A stretch of DNA of 64,000 bases, from NCBI GenBank assembly GCA_963422265.1, contig OY729416.1, forward strand, positions 416,001 to 480,000, given 5' to 3'. Below, piece by piece: positions 53,297-63,678 of the stretch. The DNA is from Thermodesulfobacteriota bacterium. Lineage in GTDB: Bacteria > Desulfobacterota_D > UBA1144 > Nemesobacterales > UBA2774. Made by a program: the position numbers and the translations under genes. Each line of letters starts with the position of its first letter. Position 1 is the stretch's first letter. The notes under the pieces were generated by a model. The model saw nothing but the letters and a program-made list of their open reading frames with translations. It made no database searches and was not told the origin of the DNA.

Positions 53297-54739
53297 ATTA
53301 TAGGGTTTGATAAAATCAACTTTGAAAGGGACTCCAGGAAGGCGGTAAGGGATAAAGGTCTTCAAAATGCTTTAATAAGCGCCACAGATCGCTTCAGGTC
53401 CGCAAGGTTTAAGGCAAGTTCTGAAATTAGCGGTTGGGACGAGCTTAGAACACGGGCACGAAAAATAAAAAAAGAGACAATATCACATCTTGATGAATAT
53501 CTAGTGTCGCTTGAAAAGAGTGTAAATGCTGTAGGGGGCAGGGTTCACTGGGCGCGAGACGGGGAAGAAGCGTCACGGATTATAGTCGGTATTGCTCACT
53601 CAAACAAAGTTAGCTCAATTGTAAAGAGTAAATCTATGGCTACTGAGGAGATTGAGCTAAACTCAGCCCTTGAAAAAGCAGGAATCAAGGTTGTTGAGAC
53701 AGACCTTGGCGAGTACATAGTTCAGTTAGCTGGAGAGCGTCCCTCACACATTCTCGCTCCCGCCGTGCATAAGACAAAAGGGGACATATCAAAACTTTTC
53801 TCCGACAAACTCGACGTCCCTCGCTTCAGCGATCCCCAAGAGTTGACAAAAGTCGCAAGAGATAGGTTAAGGAACGAGTTTCTAAACGCTGGCATGGGGG
53901 TATCAGGGGTGAATTTTGCAGTAGCGGAAACCGGTACTGTAGTAATAGTAGAGAATGAAGGAAACGCACGGCTTACGACAACTGTTCCCAAAATTCATGT
54001 AGCCCTTATGGGTATAGAGAAGATTATCCCTCGCTACGAAGATCTATCCCTCTTCCTAACGCTTCTTGCAAGGAGCGCCACAGGGCAAAAATCCTCTACC
54101 TACGTATCTTTTATAAGCGGGGCTAGAAGAAAAGGAGACTTAGATGGACCCGCGGAGTTCCACCTTGTTCTTTTGGATAATGGGAGGTCAAAAATTCTCG
54201 CTTCCCAACAGACAATTGAGTCTCTTTACTGTATAAGGTGTGGGGCTTGTCTCAACAACTGCCCCGTGTATAGAAAGGTAGGGGGGCACTCATACGGATG
54301 GGTATATTCAGGGCCGATTGGAGCCATTATTAACCCTCAGTTGATAGGTATAGATAAGGCGTCTGAGCTTCCATTCGCCTCATCTCTATGTGGAGCCTGT
54401 AAGGACGTGTGTCCGGTAAAAATAGATTTTCCAAAGGTTCTTTTAGAATTAAGACAACAAGTAGTTTCAAATAAGATAAAGAAAAGAGAATGGGACGCGC
54501 TTCTGGAACGATTAGGGGTAAAGCTATGGCGCTTTACAGTTGAGCATAAACGGGCATATGAAATCTTCAGTAAACTTTTTTACTACTTGCAATACGCCTG
54601 GGGGGCTAATCAAGGACGTCTGAAGTCACTACCTTTTCCTTTCTCACGGTGGACTGAGGAAAGAGATTTTCCGACAATTGCTAGAACCCCATTTAGAAAA
54701 AGATGGAAAACTATTAGAAAAGAGATCGGAAATCCATAA
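53297..54739 (+). CDS. lutB: Lactate utilization protein B (LutB/YkgF, Fe-S); start codon uncertain
   Basis: KSKSMATEEI, ETDLGEY, PSHILAPAVH, CIRCGACLNNCP, ASSLCGACKDVCP. No in-frame ATG follows the strong SD; ATT 53297 proposed (the ORF track uses TTG 53195). Confidence 0.88.
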   Translation: MIGFDKINFERDSRKAVRDKGLQNALISATDRFRSARFKASSEISGWDELRTRARKIKKETISHLDEYLVSLEKSVNAVGGRVHWARDGEEASRIIVGIAHSNKVSSIVKSKSMATEEIELNSALEKAGIKVVETDLGEYIVQLAGERPSHILAPAVHKTKGDISKLFSDKLDVPRFSDPQELTKVARDRLRNEFLNAGMGVSGVNFAVAETGTVVIVENEGNARLTTTVPKIHVALMGIEKIIPRYEDLSLFLTLLARSATGQKSSTYVSFISGARRKGDLDGPAEFHLVLLDNGRSKILASQQTIESLYCIRCGACLNNCPVYRKVGGHSYGWVYSGPIGAIINPQLIGIDKASELPFASSLCGACKDVCPVKIDFPKVLLELRQQVVSNKIKKREWDALLERLGVKLWRFTVEHKRAYEIFSKLFYYLQYAWGANQGRLKSLPFPFSRWTEERDFPTIARTPFRKRWKTIRKEIGNP

Positions 54740-55449
54740 TGACCAATCACTCAAGAGACGAGATTCTGCATAGTATTAGGAAGGGATTAAGCCACTCTTT
54801 ACATAAGAAAAGGGAGGACGAGCGCTTATTTCTCGTAGATAAGGCAAGGAACTTTAAGAGCGAAGCAAAAGATATTACCATACAAAATCAGATGATTATA
54901 AGCAATCTGTTAAAGCAGTTTGTTAAGGAAGCTGAGAAGGTCAACGCAACCGTATTCAAAGTAAAGAATGGGGGAGAAATCAGGGATTTTATAGGCGATT
55001 TTATAAAAGATAGAAACATGAAATCTTTTTCAGTTTGGGAATCAAAATACCTAAAGAATCTTGAACTGAAAGAATATCTTCAAAGTAAAGGATTAAAAGT
55101 AGTTAAACCAGAGAACAAGTATGAATTAGCGAGAGCGGATATAGGAGTTACAGAGGCAGATTATGTGATAGCCGACACAGGTACGCTTGTGCTCTTGTCG
55201 GATGGGAGTCGCCCGCGAGGTGTTTCTTTGCTTCCTACTACGCATATGGCAATTGTCCATCCATGTAATGTAATTAGCAACATCAATGAGTTGTTCATTA
55301 TTCTGAAGAACAAATTTAATGCTAGCCGAGAGTTAACAAGCTGTATGAGTTTTGTTACCGGACCGAGCCGCACTGCGGATATAGAACTTAATCTTACACT
55401 CGGCGTCCATGGACCGAAGGAATTGCTTATTTTATTGACGGAGGGATGA
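54739..55449 (+). CDS. lutC: Lactate utilization protein C (LutC/YkgG, LUD domain)
   Basis: IADTGTL, SLLP, TGPSRTADIE...GVHGP. Confidence 0.9.
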   Translation: MTNHSRDEILHSIRKGLSHSLHKKREDERLFLVDKARNFKSEAKDITIQNQMIISNLLKQFVKEAEKVNATVFKVKNGGEIRDFIGDFIKDRNMKSFSVWESKYLKNLELKEYLQSKGLKVVKPENKYELARADIGVTEADYVIADTGTLVLLSDGSRPRGVSLLPTTHMAIVHPCNVISNINELFIILKNKFNASRELTSCMSFVTGPSRTADIELNLTLGVHGPKELLILLTEG

Positions 55450-55671
55450 ACTTCTGCAGTTTCCTGTGAGCTTTTTATAGCTTCCGATAAGATATATTAT
55501 GTCAACTAATAGATTGGGAAAAGTGATGTATGTGAAAAGGCTGTTACTGAACACCAGGACCACAGCAGGACATTTTTAATTGAGAGCATCTACGTTGCAA
55601 ACCCGTAAAAACTGGGTCCCGCCTACTACTATCATTCTTTTCTATACATAACATAATAACTAACAAAAGGC

Positions 55672-55700
55672 TTGAAAAATAAACTTTAGAACATTATATT
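55672..55700 (+). promoter_or_regulatory. Sigma70-type promoter upstream of the FmdB-family gene
   Basis: TTGAAA - 17 nt - TATATT. Confidence 0.5.
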
Positions 55701-55740
55701 GTATGGATAGTCATATATATAATATAGGGGTAAATGGGAA

Positions 55741-56112
55741 ATGCCGATTTACGAATACGAATGCAAAAAATGTGACAAGATAATTGAAGAACTTCAAGGT
55801 TTTAACGATCCACCACTCACAAGGTGTAAAGACTGCAAAGGCAAACTTGAAAAGCTAATCTCCCTCTCTTCTTTTCATCTAACTGGCACAGGCTGGTACA
55901 CGACCGATTACGTTAAAGGAGCTGGAGTTCCTCCTAAAGCAGAAGCTCAGAACAACCCCGCCATTGATAATGGAGACCGCTCTGGCAGTAACGATTATAG
56001 TAAAAGTGCCACTGTAGCGGAGAGTGGTACCCCCTCGTCTCCATCTGAGACCTATAAATCAATACAAAAAGAAACGAAGAAAGCCAGGGTTACAGCAAAA
56101 GCTACTTCATAA
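55741..56112 (+). CDS. FmdB family zinc-ribbon protein
   Basis: MPIYEYECKKC...CKDC...GTGWYTTDY followed by a low-complexity tail. Confidence 0.9.
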   Translation: MPIYEYECKKCDKIIEELQGFNDPPLTRCKDCKGKLEKLISLSSFHLTGTGWYTTDYVKGAGVPPKAEAQNNPAIDNGDRSGSNDYSKSATVAESGTPSSPSETYKSIQKETKKARVTAKATS

Positions 56113-56113
56113 A

Positions 56114-56905
56114 ATGGATTTGTATCTAAAGGATAAAGTTGCCATAGTAGCAGCCTCCAGTAAGGGATTAGGAAAAGCAGCTGCCCTTGGGCTTGCGCGT
56201 GAGGGTGTAAAGCTCACAATTTGCTCGAGAAGTAAAGAGCATATAGAGAGAACGGGAGATGAAATATCTTTTCAAACTGAGACGGAGGTTCTGAGCTGTC
56301 AGTGTGACGTCTCAAAGACCGAGGATATTAAGGCGGTAGTCTCACAAACGATAGAGAAATATTCAAAGATAGATATAATGATAAACAACGCTGGTGGGCC
56401 GCCCGTCGGCACGTTTTTAGACTTCTCACTGGAAGAATGGCAGAAGGCGATTGAGCTCAACCTTTTTAGCACAATTAGTTTCTGTAATGAAGTTATCCCC
56501 TTTATGAAAAGGCAAAGGTGGGGGCGTATAGTTAATATCGCCTCTATATCTGTAAAACAGCCTATAGATGGGCTTATTCTTTCAAATACTGTAAGGGCAG
56601 GAGTGATTGGACTCGCAAAAACTATGTCAACTGAGTTTGCTCCTTACAACGTGCTTATTAATAACATATGCCCTGGAAGAATCTTTACCGATAGAATTAA
56701 AAGTCTGGCAAATCAGAGAGCGAAGCTTGAGAATAAAAGCTTTGACGAAGCAATATCCACGATGGAAAAAGACATCCCAATCGGCAGAATAGGCAAACCA
56801 GAGGAGCTTGCGAATTTGATTGTTTTCCTATCCTCGGATAGAGCAAGCTATATTACGGGGACGACGACGCTTGTTGACGGCGGGTTGGCTAAAGGACTTA
56901 TGTGA
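56114..56905 (+). CDS. Short-chain dehydrogenase/reductase
   Basis: MDLYLKDKVAIVAASSKGLG, NNAGGP, SNTVRAG, SYITG...VDGG; start moved to ATG 56114. Confidence 0.9.
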   Translation: MDLYLKDKVAIVAASSKGLGKAAALGLAREGVKLTICSRSKEHIERTGDEISFQTETEVLSCQCDVSKTEDIKAVVSQTIEKYSKIDIMINNAGGPPVGTFLDFSLEEWQKAIELNLFSTISFCNEVIPFMKRQRWGRIVNIASISVKQPIDGLILSNTVRAGVIGLAKTMSTEFAPYNVLINNICPGRIFTDRIKSLANQRAKLENKSFDEAISTMEKDIPIGRIGKPEELANLIVFLSSDRASYITGTTTLVDGGLAKGLM

Positions 56906-56924
56906 CGCGCTATCTAAGAAGACA

Positions 56925-57449
56925 ATGCCTCATTATAAAAGCCCAACAAAAAAGAACAACAGATCCATCTTTCTCCTTGCCCTACTCTGCTTAACATACT
57001 ATTTGGTTACTACTTATTACCCGAGCGGCTTTACATTAAATACTCCGTGCAAAGTATTGTGTGTAGAGATTGAGAAGGATAGCTCATCAACTATTATCAG
57101 TTTAGATAAAGCTAAAGATATAAGCATATTATACGACAAATATCATATACCCTCTGATGAGCAGCTTATTAGGAATGGGGATAAATTAAAGCTCTCTAAT
57201 AAAAAAGACATTGTGATTGGAAATATAAGCGGTATTAAGAGTATGTCTTTAGGCATCCCCATACGTATAAATTCCGCGTCTGCCGACGACATAAAAGCAC
57301 TACCGGGTATCGGGTACAAGTTAGCCGCACGGATCGTTGCTTATAGAGACTCAGTGGGCGGTTTTCAGGGACTGGGGGAGCTTCAAAGTGTAGATGGAAT
57401 TGGAAAGAAAAAGCTTAATTCTATAAAAGAATTTGTAAACCTCGACTAG
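56925..57449 (+). CDS. ComEA-like helix-hairpin-helix DNA-binding protein
   Basis: N-terminal TM; INSASADDIKALPGIG...IVAYR...VDGIG. Confidence 0.85.
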   Translation: MPHYKSPTKKNNRSIFLLALLCLTYYLVTTYYPSGFTLNTPCKVLCVEIEKDSSSTIISLDKAKDISILYDKYHIPSDEQLIRNGDKLKLSNKKDIVIGNISGIKSMSLGIPIRINSASADDIKALPGIGYKLAARIVAYRDSVGGFQGLGELQSVDGIGKKKLNSIKEFVNLD

Positions 57450-60073
57450 CGTCCTAGAATAACGTCCCCCTCGCCGTTATCTTTTATCGTAGTAAGCCTA
57501 TTATTATTCAGTAAGTCGTCATTTTCTAGCGCATACCGCTTCAGAGAAGCTACGTTATAGGGGATATTACCGTAAGGGGTTTTCACAATCTTTACACCAT
57601 TTGGTTTTTCAAATGATCCGCCAGGATACTTAGAAAGGGCGGCTTCCATGTAATCAATCCATATAGGAAGGGCTGCTCTTGAGCCTGTCTCTTTATACCC
57701 AAGAGATTTGTGATCATCTCTGCCCACCCAGACCGCGGTTGTGATATTGGGGCTGAATCCTACAAACCAAGCGTCCGTGTAGTTATTAGTGGTGCCGGTT
57801 TTTCCTGCGACAGGAGCGAGTGACGTGAGCCTGAGAGCTCTTTTCCCTGTGCCTTCTTTGACAACCGCTTCAAGCAGATCCGTCATTATATAAGCGGTCT
57901 CGGGACTAAGGGTTTGTTCGTAATCATGATCTCTTCCGAAGTCAATAGGCTCACTTCTTATTAACTGAAGGAACTCGTCTGGCGTAAAGAATTTATGTTT
58001 ATTCTCATTCACTAATAGGTCATTATCCATCAGATTCCTCTCTCTCAAGTATTCTCCATACCAGTTTCTACCCCTACCCTTCTTCTTAGCGATCTCGCTT
58101 ATTATATGAAGTTTTTTTTCTTCCCTCTGCGCTTTGAGTGACTCCTCTTTGGATAAAAAATCTCCACCCCCAGTGTTGTCTTCTATAATCCTACCGTTAC
58201 GGTCATAAATGCGAAGTATGAACCTAGCTTTAACTAATTTACCTCCATTGGCGAATACATTATACGCCGTGGCCATTTCTATAACCTTTAAGTCAGTTCC
58301 ACCTAGGGCTAGTGAAGGGTAAGGACCCATGGGCGACGTAAAACCAAATTTTCTTGAGTAGTTAACTACGTATTCTGGATCAATATCTAAAATTAGTCTA
58401 ACGCTGGCTAAATTCCTTGACTTCGCAAAAGCCTCTCTAAGGGTTATAGCTCCTAAGTAATCCTCATCGTAGTTCTGGGGTTTCCAGTCATTAATCACGA
58501 CTGGCATGTCGGACAATGCCGACGTCTCCGCGTATCCTTTGTCAACTGCTGCTGAATAGAGAATCGGCTTAAATGCCGAACCAGGTTGTCTGAGTGCTTG
58601 AGTAACCCTGTTAAATTGAGATTTCTGATAATCAAATCCTCCTACAAGCGTAAGCACATTACCCTTAGTGTCCATGGATACTAAGGCTCCCTGTGTTTGA
58701 GAAGAAATGACAAGAGAGAAATAATACTTTTCCTCTTCGCGCTTAACTGCCTTTACTTTAATAACGTCTCCTGGCTTAAGTCTGACGGGGGTTACGCTTA
58801 CGTTCTGATAGTAGCTACCCTTTTGGATAACATTGTCGTTATCAAGAGGAGAAGATAAACTCATTACAGGCGATCTGACTGCGTATTTTAATATTCCCTC
58901 GACTGCGCCAACGCCAACGTTGGCGACGTAATAAAGGGTACCCTCTTTAGATGTGCCAATGCCCTTTACTTCCTTAACAACAGCTTCGTAAGTCTTTCCA
59001 AATTCAATACTATCTACTCCTTGCTTCTTCTTCCACGTCTCGATAGCGGCGTCTCCATTGATTTGCTCAGATACTATCATCCTTCGTCCCCTTCTCGATT
59101 CGAGGTCTAGCACCCTTCTTTTGAGTGCCCACTGGGCTTCAAAGTTTAGGCTTACGTCGAGTGTCGTGAAGATAGTATATCCACCAGCTAAGAAAGCCTT
59201 GGTGCCGACTCTATGCTCAAGATACCTCCTCACGTGTTCGACAAAATAGGGAGCTAGCTTATTGTTTATCTTTTGTTTAGACACAATATTAATCTGATAC
59301 TGAGCAGCTTTGAGCCTTTCATATTCAGAAATGAATCCTTCTTCCTCCATTTTTTTAAGAACTAGCTTTTGCCTATCCAAAGCCCTCTCAGGATACTTAC
59401 GTGGTGAGAAGTATTCAGGTTTCTTAGGTAGCCCTGCTAGGAGGGCAGCTTCGGCTAAGTTTATATCTTTTGCTCTTTTTCCAAAATAATTTCGGCTGGC
59501 GTATTCAATTCCGTAAGTTCCATCCGCAAGGTAAATATGGTTCAGATACAGATAAAGAATCTCTTCCTTAGAAAGGTTGTTCTCAATCCTATGTGCAAGT
59601 ATGGCTTCTTTTATTTTTCGAGAGATTGTTCTTTCAGGAGATAATATAGTGTTTTTAATTACCTGCTGAGTAATTGTGCTTGCGCCTCTAACCCAGTTTC
59701 CTTCTTGAGCGTTTTCCATCATAGCGGCTATAATACTTTTTACATCAACCCCTTTGTGCTCGAGAAAGCGTCTGTCCTCAACTGCAATAAAAGCATTACC
59801 GACGTAAGGGGGAATATCTTCGTAGGGTATAAATTTACGGTGCTCAGAAGCGAATTCACCTATGAGTGTGCCATCGGATGAATAAACTTCTGATATGAGA
59901 TTGGGCTGATAACCCGTGATAACCGTCAAGTCTGGAAGGTCTTGCGCGTAGAACTTATAGGCAGAGTATATACCAATCACCGCTACAACTGTTAGAGCGA
60001 GGAAAAACCTTACGAAAAACAGCAACATCTTGATTTTTCTTGGCTTTGATTTAAATTTCTTCTTCGCTGTCAT
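57446..60073 (-). CDS. mrcA: Penicillin-binding protein 1A (transglycosylase/transpeptidase)
   Basis: EDRRF, GASTITQQ, RKIKE, YLN; SAFK, SRN and KTG transpeptidase motifs. Confidence 0.94.
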   Translation of the reverse strand: MTAKKKFKSKPRKIKMLLFFVRFFLALTVVAVIGIYSAYKFYAQDLPDLTVITGYQPNLISEVYSSDGTLIGEFASEHRKFIPYEDIPPYVGNAFIAVEDRRFLEHKGVDVKSIIAAMMENAQEGNWVRGASTITQQVIKNTILSPERTISRKIKEAILAHRIENNLSKEEILYLYLNHIYLADGTYGIEYASRNYFGKRAKDINLAEAALLAGLPKKPEYFSPRKYPERALDRQKLVLKKMEEEGFISEYERLKAAQYQINIVSKQKINNKLAPYFVEHVRRYLEHRVGTKAFLAGGYTIFTTLDVSLNFEAQWALKRRVLDLESRRGRRMIVSEQINGDAAIETWKKKQGVDSIEFGKTYEAVVKEVKGIGTSKEGTLYYVANVGVGAVEGILKYAVRSPVMSLSSPLDNDNVIQKGSYYQNVSVTPVRLKPGDVIKVKAVKREEEKYYFSLVISSQTQGALVSMDTKGNVLTLVGGFDYQKSQFNRVTQALRQPGSAFKPILYSAAVDKGYAETSALSDMPVVINDWKPQNYDEDYLGAITLREAFAKSRNLASVRLILDIDPEYVVNYSRKFGFTSPMGPYPSLALGGTDLKVIEMATAYNVFANGGKLVKARFILRIYDRNGRIIEDNTGGGDFLSKEESLKAQREEKKLHIISEIAKKKGRGRNWYGEYLRERNLMDNDLLVNENKHKFFTPDEFLQLIRSEPIDFGRDHDYEQTLSPETAYIMTDLLEAVVKEGTGKRALRLTSLAPVAGKTGTTNNYTDAWFVGFSPNITTAVWVGRDDHKSLGYKETGSRAALPIWIDYMEAALSKYPGGSFEKPNGVKIVKTPYGNIPYNVASLKRYALENDDLLNNNRLTTIKDNGEGDVILGR

Positions 60074-60182
60074 AAAGACTTGATGAAAGCCGTTAAAAGA
60101 GTTTTAAGTATGTTAAAGCTACAAAACGGGGATAATTATACCTGAGCAAATACTTTTGCCTAAACTATAAATTAGCTATTAA

Positions 60183-60419
60183 TTGATGAAGAATAATTAC
60201 AATAAAAATGCTCAAACACCTGTCTCCGACTCCCAGACGGGCTTTGATTCTTATATTAAGAAGTTGGATAATCAAGAGCTTAAGGGAATGTTGCTTAAAC
60301 TCAAGAACGAGATCAGGAAACCGGATCCAAGTTGGGGAGTAATCAGCAATATTCTCAAATCCCTAAAACAAAAGAATACTCAAATGTTAACAGAAGTGAT
60401 AACACGTATAGTAGATTAA
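60183..60419 (+). CDS. Small hypothetical helical protein
   Basis: 78-aa ORF fills the gap between mrcA and cysK; amphipathic helical pattern. Confidence 0.55.
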   Translation: MMKNNYNKNAQTPVSDSQTGFDSYIKKLDNQELKGMLLKLKNEIRKPDPSWGVISNILKSLKQKNTQMLTEVITRIVD

Positions 60420-60469
60420 ATAGTCAGACTTAAAGGTCTATCTCAAGTTAAGATAGTAGCTACCCGTGG

Positions 60470-61423
60470 ATGTTCAAGGGAAACATTAACAATAAAGTAG
60501 TTAATAGCATACTTGATCTTATAGGTCAAACGCCTGTGCTTAGGCTAGACAATCTCATACCTCGAGGTTCGGCGGCGACTGTTTGGGCTAAGCTAGAGAA
60601 CTTAAATCCTGCGGGGAGCGTAAAAGAGCGAATATGCTTGAGAATGATAGAAGCTGCTGAGGTTGAGGGGCTAATAAGTCCGGACAAGAATATGATTGTG
60701 GGCGCTACGAGCGGCAATACCGGCATAGGTCTCGCCCTAGTCTGCGCGGTAAAGGGCTATAGTTTGACCCTCACAATGCCTGATGACATGAGCCAGGAAA
60801 GAAAAGACTTGCTAAGAGCTTACGGAGCTGAATTGATATTGACTCCTGCGAGTGAACAAATGATAGGTGCAGTTAGAAGAGCCGAATCGATCGTTAAGAA
60901 GGAACCTAATTCCTTTATGCCCCAGCAGTTTAAAAATCACCACAATCCAGAGACTCACATGAAGTCAACCGCTCCTGAAATACTGGATCAAATACCGGGG
61001 AAGATAGATGCTTTTGTCGCAGGAGTCGGGACAGGCGGAACCATAACGGGCGTGGGAGAGGTGCTAAAGGAGGAATACCCTGACATAGCTCTTATAGCAG
61101 TTGAACCAAAGGAATCTGCCGTGCTTTCGGGGAACAACAGCCCCGATTCACACGATATTCAGGGAATGGGCTTTGGTTTTATTCCCGACGTGTTAAATAC
61201 CAAGATATATGATGAGGTTATAACTATCTCGGGAGACGAGGCAAAAGACTTTACTAGAGAGATAGCAGCTAAAGAAGGACTTTTAGTAGGTATTTCGGCT
61301 GGTGCATCTGGGCTTGCCGCAAAAAGGATTGCTGGGAAATTAGGCAAACACAAGCAGGTGGTAACAATATTCTCAGACACTGGCGAGAGATATCTCAGCA
61401 CGGGACTTTTTGGTGAAGATTAA
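60470..61423 (+). CDS. cysK: Cysteine synthase (CysK family)
   Basis: KLENLNPAGSVKER, TSGNTG, GVGTGGT, HDIQG, DTGERYLS. Confidence 0.92.
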   Translation: MFKGNINNKVVNSILDLIGQTPVLRLDNLIPRGSAATVWAKLENLNPAGSVKERICLRMIEAAEVEGLISPDKNMIVGATSGNTGIGLALVCAVKGYSLTLTMPDDMSQERKDLLRAYGAELILTPASEQMIGAVRRAESIVKKEPNSFMPQQFKNHHNPETHMKSTAPEILDQIPGKIDAFVAGVGTGGTITGVGEVLKEEYPDIALIAVEPKESAVLSGNNSPDSHDIQGMGFGFIPDVLNTKIYDEVITISGDEAKDFTREIAAKEGLLVGISAGASGLAAKRIAGKLGKHKQVVTIFSDTGERYLSTGLFGED

Positions 61424-61564
61424 CCTTACATGTTTTCATAATGTTGTCATACGCCTAATCAAAGGATTAGAGAATCAATTTGAAAACGCTTGGTAAGTAT
61501 GCTATCCTTCTAACTATTTACCACTTAATAACAAGTTTAAGGTAAAAAAGCTAAAGAGGTTAAG

Positions 61565-63475
61565 GTGAACGGTCAATTATTTAGAAACGTAGTGCTGTGG
61601 TTGGTTGTATTCGTGGCAATAATTGCGCTGTACCAGTTGGTGCATACGCCAAGGAGCAGCTACCAGGAGATACCCTATAGTGAGTTTCTATCCAATGTAG
61701 AGAGTGGATACGTAAAAGAACTGGAGTTTAAGGGAGACGAAATAAGAGGAAAGTACACAGATCTAAAGTACACAGATCTAATGAGCGATAGCCCTCAAGA
61801 GGGTTTTAAGACCTTTGGACCCGTTGGCAATGAATTTATCAAAAAACTCGAAGAAAAGGAAATAAAATTTAAGTTTACCTCCAGCAAAGAAAGTTCACTG
61901 ACCAGTATATTAATCAACTGGGCGCCACTGGTTCTCTTAATCGTAATCATGGTCTTTTTTATGAGGCAACTGCAAGCAGGTGGAACTAAAGCGATGTCTT
62001 TTGGAAAGAACCGCGCTAGAATGCTTACGGAGAATCAGAACAAAATAACGTTTAAGGACGTTGCAGGAATAGACGAAGCGAAGGAAGAAGTCCAAGAAAT
62101 AGTAGAGTTTCTCAAAAGCCCGAAGAAGTTTACCAATCTTGGGGGAAGGATACCTAAAGGGATACTCTTGGTTGGTCCTCCTGGAACGGGTAAAACACTC
62201 TTGGCTAAAGCTATAGCAGGTGAAGCTGGCGTGCCATTTTTTATTATTAGCGGCAGCGATTTTGTCGAAATGTTTGTCGGCGTTGGGGCGTCAAGAGTTA
62301 GAGACCTGTTTATTCAGGCTAAGCGTCACGCGCCCTGCATAGTATTTGTGGACGAGCTTGACGCCGTCGGCAGGCACCGGGGCGCCGGTCTTGGCGGTGG
62401 TCACGATGAGAGAGAGCAAACTCTTAATCAGTTACTCGTAGAAATGGATGGATTTGAGTCTAATGAAGGCATAATAGTTATGGCGGCTACAAACCGCCCC
62501 GACGTGTTAGATCCAGCTCTTCTTCGTCCGGGAAGGTTTGACAGACAGGTAGTAGTGCCAAGACCCGATGTTAGGGGTAGGAAGGAAATATTAGAAGTCC
62601 ATTCCAGAAATGCGCCGATGGATGAAGACGTTGATCTATCCGTCATAGCCCGGTCCACCCCAGGCTTTTCGGGTGCCGATCTTGAAAATCTGGTTAACGA
62701 ATCAGCGCTACATGCAGCAAGACATAATAGAAAAAAGATTTCCATGCAGGATTTTGAATACGCAAAGGATAAGGTCATCATGGGCGTTGAAAGGAAGAGC
62801 ATGATCATTAGCGACTCGGAAAAGAGAATAACTGCTTACCACGAGGCGGGTCATGCCCTAGTAGCCAAGCTCACCCCTGAAACCGACCCAATACATAAGG
62901 TGACTATAATTCCAAGGGGAATGGCGCTAGGCGTTACTCAACAACTACCGGTTGAGGACAAATATACTCTCTCCAGAACAAACCTTAATGCTAATATCAT
63001 GGTTCTACTTGGCGGCAGGGCGGCTGAGGAAATAGTTTTTGGGGAAAGAACTAGCGGTGCCGGGAATGATTTGGAGCGCGTTACGGAAATATCACGCAGG
63101 ATGGTATGCGAGTGGGGAATGAGCGAGAAGGTCGGTCCCGTTACCTTTGGAAAAGGGGACGAGCAAATATTCTTAGGACGGGAGATATCAAAGCCTAAGG
63201 ACTATAGCGAAGATACGGCGGTTGAAATAGACAAAGAGATAAAGTCCATCGTTAATAGCAACTACGCGAAAGCCAAAAAACTTTTGGAAGATAATATTAA
63301 GCTGCTCCACAATCTTGCAGAAGTCCTACTAGATAAAGAAGTTATTGATGCTAAGGAACTTGACAAACTTGTTAAGGATTTTACTCAAGGGCAATCTTCC
63401 TCTCCATGGGGAAACCCGACCGGTACCGAAGGTTCCGTAGCCTATAGACATAGTAATAATGCTGAAGACAGTTGA
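61565..63475 (+). CDS. ftsH: ATP-dependent zinc metalloprotease FtsH
   Basis: Two TMs, [26 protein letters not shown]. Confidence 0.98.
   Translation: MNGQLFRNVVLWLVVFVAIIALYQLVHTPRSSYQEIPYSEFLSNVESGYVKELEFKGDEIRGKYTDLKYTDLMSDSPQEGFKTFGPVGNEFIKKLEEKEIKFKFTSSKESSLTSILINWAPLVLLIVIMVFFMRQLQAGGTKAMSFGKNRARMLTENQNKITFKDVAGIDEAKEEVQEIVEFLKSPKKFTNLGGRIPKGILLVGPPGTGKTLLAKAIAGEAGVPFFIISGSDFVEMFVGVGASRVRDLFIQAKRHAPCIVFVDELDAVGRHRGAGLGGGHDEREQTLNQLLVEMDGFESNEGIIVMAATNRPDVLDPALLRPGRFDRQVVVPRPDVRGRKEILEVHSRNAPMDEDVDLSVIARSTPGFSGADLENLVNESALHAARHNRKKISMQDFEYAKDKVIMGVERKSMIISDSEKRITAYHEAGHALVAKLTPETDPIHKVTIIPRGMALGVTQQLPVEDKYTLSRTNLNANIMVLLGGRAAEEIVFGERTSGAGNDLERVTEISRRMVCEWGMSEKVGPVTFGKGDEQIFLGREISKPKDYSEDTAVEIDKEIKSIVNSNYAKAKKLLEDNIKLLHNLAEVLLDKEVIDAKELDKLVKDFTQGQSSSPWGNPTGTEGSVAYRHSNNAEDS
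61751..61780 (+). repeat. In-frame 15-bp tandem duplication in ftsH (KYTDL x2)
   Basis: AAGTACACAGATCTA repeated twice. Confidence 0.9.
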
Positions 63476-63496
63476 TAGCCTCTGTGTATTACACAC

Positions 63497-63661
63497 TTAT
63501 GGCGACTCTATACTTTAACGTCGTCGTTAGTCTTCTTGTAGAAGCCGTTTACGCAGTGGGTTTGGTCTAAGGCAAGGGGCACACAATCGAGAATGCAGGA
63601 GCACCCACGGGGTCGAGTCATAAATACTAGATACAATGTATACAATCGCAAAGTTGTATAC
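63497..63661 (+). ncRNA. Candidate structured RNA in the ftsH-folP spacer
   Basis: Long-range pairing of 63497-63508 with 63610-63623, internal stems, and a GTATACAA/TTGTATAC hairpin; family not identified. Confidence 0.3.
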
Positions 63662-63678
63662 CCCAGGTGAATACACAT

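Noticed and set aside
1192-62808. Numerous short antisense or out-of-frame ORFs nested in long conserved genes (e.g. 2191-2628, 17940-18404, 42883-43164, 43240-43509)
   Set aside because: Shadow ORFs of well-supported genes; the two similar ones in zorA simply mirror the DNA duplication
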